Positions 54,544 to 56,600 of a stretch of DNA of 56,600 bases are shown piece after piece (the stretch's first letter is position 1; every line of letters begins with the position of its first letter). Source of the stretch: a virus (Duplodnaviria > Caudoviricetes). Location of the stretch: IMG/VR virus record IMGVR_UViG_3300028840_002373, positions 1 through 56,600 of that record; one strand, written 5' to 3'. Below the pieces are notes generated by a model. That model had not been told where the DNA came from. It saw only the letters and a program-made list of their open reading frames with translations, and did not search any database. A program made the translations under genes and the position numbers.

Positions 54544-54914
54544 ATGGCTAGTAATAATCAAGACGAACAATCTAAAACAATTGGTAATCGTGAATATGAC
54601 AATTATACTAGTGATAATATATATGGTATTTTAGATATGTTAAAACATCATGTTCACTCAGTTACTAAAGTATACCCAACATTAGCAAATAATGTTACAT
54701 TAACTGGTGGTGCTGGTGCTTGGCAATTAGGTAATTTTATAGAAGTTGTACCAGCAAATACTATAACAGATTGGTTTGATATCCATTGGGTTCAGGTTCA
54801 GTACCAATAATTACACCGATTATGTCAGCTAATACTAGAATTAGTGCTAAATTAGCGACTGAATCTGGTGGTAATGATACATTAGATATAGCAGTTTCAT
54901 ATCACGAATATTAA
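54544..54914 (+). pseudogene. Paralog of 54056-54529 with internal deletion and frameshift near 54790
   Basis: N-half ends DIHWV; C-half GSVPIITPIMSANTRISAKL...YHEY is in the -1 frame; about 37 aa missing versus the paralog. Confidence 0.65.
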
Positions 54915-54934
54915 ACTGGAGGTGAAAGGATAAT

Positions 54935-55378
54935 ATGGCATATACAACTTATCAAGAGGTAGATAGATTGTTGAAGTGGTTTAGTTTTTCAGCAAGTTCT
55001 AAGGTAACAGTAACAGACGTTAATACTTATTTTATACCAGAAGTAGATGCAATAATTGACGGTTATATTGGTCGTGTATATGAAGTACCTATAACCGATT
55101 CAGATGATTTATTAATACTTGAGTATATTGCAACAAGAATGGTTGCATGTGAGATAGCTCATGTATTAGTACTACAGGCTTCTGGTGAAATTAGTCCTAT
55201 TGTTCAAAGATGGTGTGATACAGCTAAACAGAAATTAAAAGATATATTAAGTAGAGATTTACCATTACCAAATTCAACATTGAAAACTACTAATAGGTTA
55301 TATTCTTTCACTTCTCATGGTAATGCTGATTATGAAGCACCAGACCCCAAATGGTTAATGGACGAGGAACAATGGTGA
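54935..55378 (+). CDS. Head-tail adaptor (Mu gp36/DUF1320-like)
   Basis: MAYTT..EV, IDGYIGRVYEVP, A...LKDI. Confidence 0.8.
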   Translation: MAYTTYQEVDRLLKWFSFSASSKVTVTDVNTYFIPEVDAIIDGYIGRVYEVPITDSDDLLILEYIATRMVACEIAHVLVLQASGEISPIVQRWCDTAKQKLKDILSRDLPLPNSTLKTTNRLYSFTSHGNADYEAPDPKWLMDEEQW

Positions 55379-55382
55379 TATT

Positions 55383-55841
55383 ATGTTATTTGTTAGAGTA
55401 AGTGGAGCAGATCAATTAAGAAGAAATTTAGGAAGTATTGCTCGTAATTTTGAAAACTTTAGTAAAGTTTTTGAAAAAATTGCAGATGATTTCAGAAGAA
55501 CTCAATCAGCTGTATTTAGATCACAAGGAGCGTTTGAAGGTAGAGCTGGATGGAGTCCACTAAGACCTTCCACCGTTTTACGAAAAGGTAATAGTAAAGT
55601 ATTAGTTGAAACAGGAGCATTAAAAACTTCATTTACTAAAAAGGGTGGTGCTCATATATCACAGATAACTAAGGATAGAGTTATATTGGGTTCATCAGAC
55701 CCAAAAGGTAAGTTTCATCAAAGCGGTACTAGTAGAATGGTAGCAAGACCACCTTTGACCGCTAGTAATACAACTAATAGAAGATGGGTAAGGATAGCAC
55801 ACAAGGAAATTATGAAAGATATAAGAAGGGGGTTAGTTTAG
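55383..55841 (+). CDS. Virion morphogenesis / tail completion protein
   Basis: WSPLRPST, LVETGAL..S, FHQSGTSRMVARP. Confidence 0.85.
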   Translation: MLFVRVSGADQLRRNLGSIARNFENFSKVFEKIADDFRRTQSAVFRSQGAFEGRAGWSPLRPSTVLRKGNSKVLVETGALKTSFTKKGGAHISQITKDRVILGSSDPKGKFHQSGTSRMVARPPLTASNTTNRRWVRIAHKEIMKDIRRGLV

Positions 55842-56306
55842 TTGAATAGTGAATTTGTATTAAATAATATAAAAACAATGATGGAAACTTATTTAACTGC
55901 AATGCTTAGGACAGTTGAAACAGAAGCTTCGGCAGTTACTCAAACTACTGACCCTCAAGAGTATATTATTGGAGAACGTGATTTAGATATATTAACCATG
56001 TTTCCAGCAGTATTAATATATGGTAAAAATTCATCAGATAATGATGATGAATTTGGATATCAAGAAAGAATATTTACTTATGAAATTGTCACTTGGGTTG
56101 TTGAGAATGACCAAGAGAATTTACATAGATTTGTAGTTAGATATGGGGATAGTATTGTTAGAATACTACGAAAAGAAAGTTATTGGAATAAAAATTTACA
56201 TACACCAATAGTTAGAATGTGTACATTCACAGATTTATTTAAATCTACAATAGGGTATGCTCAAGGTGTAATGGTAAATGGTGAAATTAGATACATAATA
56301 TCTTAA
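55842..56306 (+). CDS. Tail terminator protein (putative)
   Basis: FPAVLI motif; directly before the major tail gene. Confidence 0.65.
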   Translation: MNSEFVLNNIKTMMETYLTAMLRTVETEASAVTQTTDPQEYIIGERDLDILTMFPAVLIYGKNSSDNDDEFGYQERIFTYEIVTWVVENDQENLHRFVVRYGDSIVRILRKESYWNKNLHTPIVRMCTFTDLFKSTIGYAQGVMVNGEIRYIIS

Positions 56307-56321
56307 GGAAGGGGTGTATAT

Positions 56322-56600
56322 ATGGGTACTCCTAGTAAAATACATGTAGGTGCTGGTAATATTAATTTGAATCCAGATTCTTCACCAATTGACTTAGGTT
56401 ACACTAGTGAAGGTGGTACACTTACTTATAATGCAGAACTAGAAGCTATTTCAGTTGACCAAGTTTTAGCACCAGTTGGATATTTTATACCAGCAGAGGA
56501 ATGTATGTTTGAAAGTATACTTGATGAATCTGGTGTAGATACTATGCAATATACTGTTGTTGGTGGAACTAAAACAACTCAAGCGGCAGGAGCAGCACAA
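56322..56600 (+). CDS. Major tail protein, 5' part (continues at base 1)
   Basis: GGAAGGGG RBS; MGTPSKIHVGAGNINL...DLGYTSEGG. Confidence 0.88.
   Translation, partial: MGTPSKIHVGAGNINLNPDSSPIDLGYTSEGGTLTYNAELEAISVDQVLAPVGYFIPAEECMFESILDESGVDTMQYTVVGGTKTTQAAGAAQ
56457..56600 (+). repeat. Terminal direct repeat, copy 2 (circular assembly overlap)
   Basis: Identical to 1-144. Confidence 0.97.

Larger units (their letters stand above)
1..56600. mobile_element. Complete circularly assembled tailed phage genome (siphovirus-like tail, Mu-like head genes), unit length about 56,456 bp
   Basis: Terminal 144-bp identity; packaging, head, tail, lysis and replication modules all present; no host housekeeping genes. 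Confidence 0.93.

Noticed and set aside
56457-56600. 144-bp terminal repeat as a biological direct terminal repeat
   Set aside because: It falls in the middle of the major tail gene and its length is typical of an assembler overlap; it indicates circularity only
1-56600. Integrase, transposase, ParA, reverse transcriptase/DGR or tRNA genes
   Set aside because: No ORF shows their motifs and no cloverleaf was seen by eye; Mu-like head genes alone do not imply transposition

Overview
The window is an apparently complete, circularly assembled genome of a low-GC tailed phage. Bases 1-144 repeat at 56457-56600, so the unit length is about 56,456 bp. The host is probably a Firmicute (Clostridia-like), judged from strong GGAGG RBSs, sigmaA-type promoters, an Amidase_3 endolysin and the holin type. 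It has Mu-like head genes and a non-contractile tail module with a -1 frameshifted tail chaperone. The lysis genes are divergently arranged. Replication genes include an AEP-ZnF-SF3 primase-helicase, a family B DNA polymerase, an SSB, an SNF2 helicase and a RuvC-like resolvase. A long leftward block of small early genes is built from repeated promoter/hairpin/leader cassettes. I saw no integrase, ParA, tRNA or CRISPR array. The most notable items are: (1) a membrane DNA-handling module at 15084-19716 (FtsK/SpoIIIE ATPase, separate winged-helix protein, membrane-anchored PD-(D/E)XK nuclease, and a TM/coiled-coil/wHTH protein whose own gene carries a dense frame-independent 8-bp TTGAWCTT array); (2) two homologous iteron/AT-core origin-like elements in inverted orientation about 19 kb apart; (3) a RuvC-like gene broken at CCT-TGA inside its catalytic motif and inside a hairpin, suggesting +1 frameshifting or bypassing; (4) several orphan promoter-terminator units that may be small RNAs. 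All protein family calls are by eye from motifs and synteny, not from database searches.
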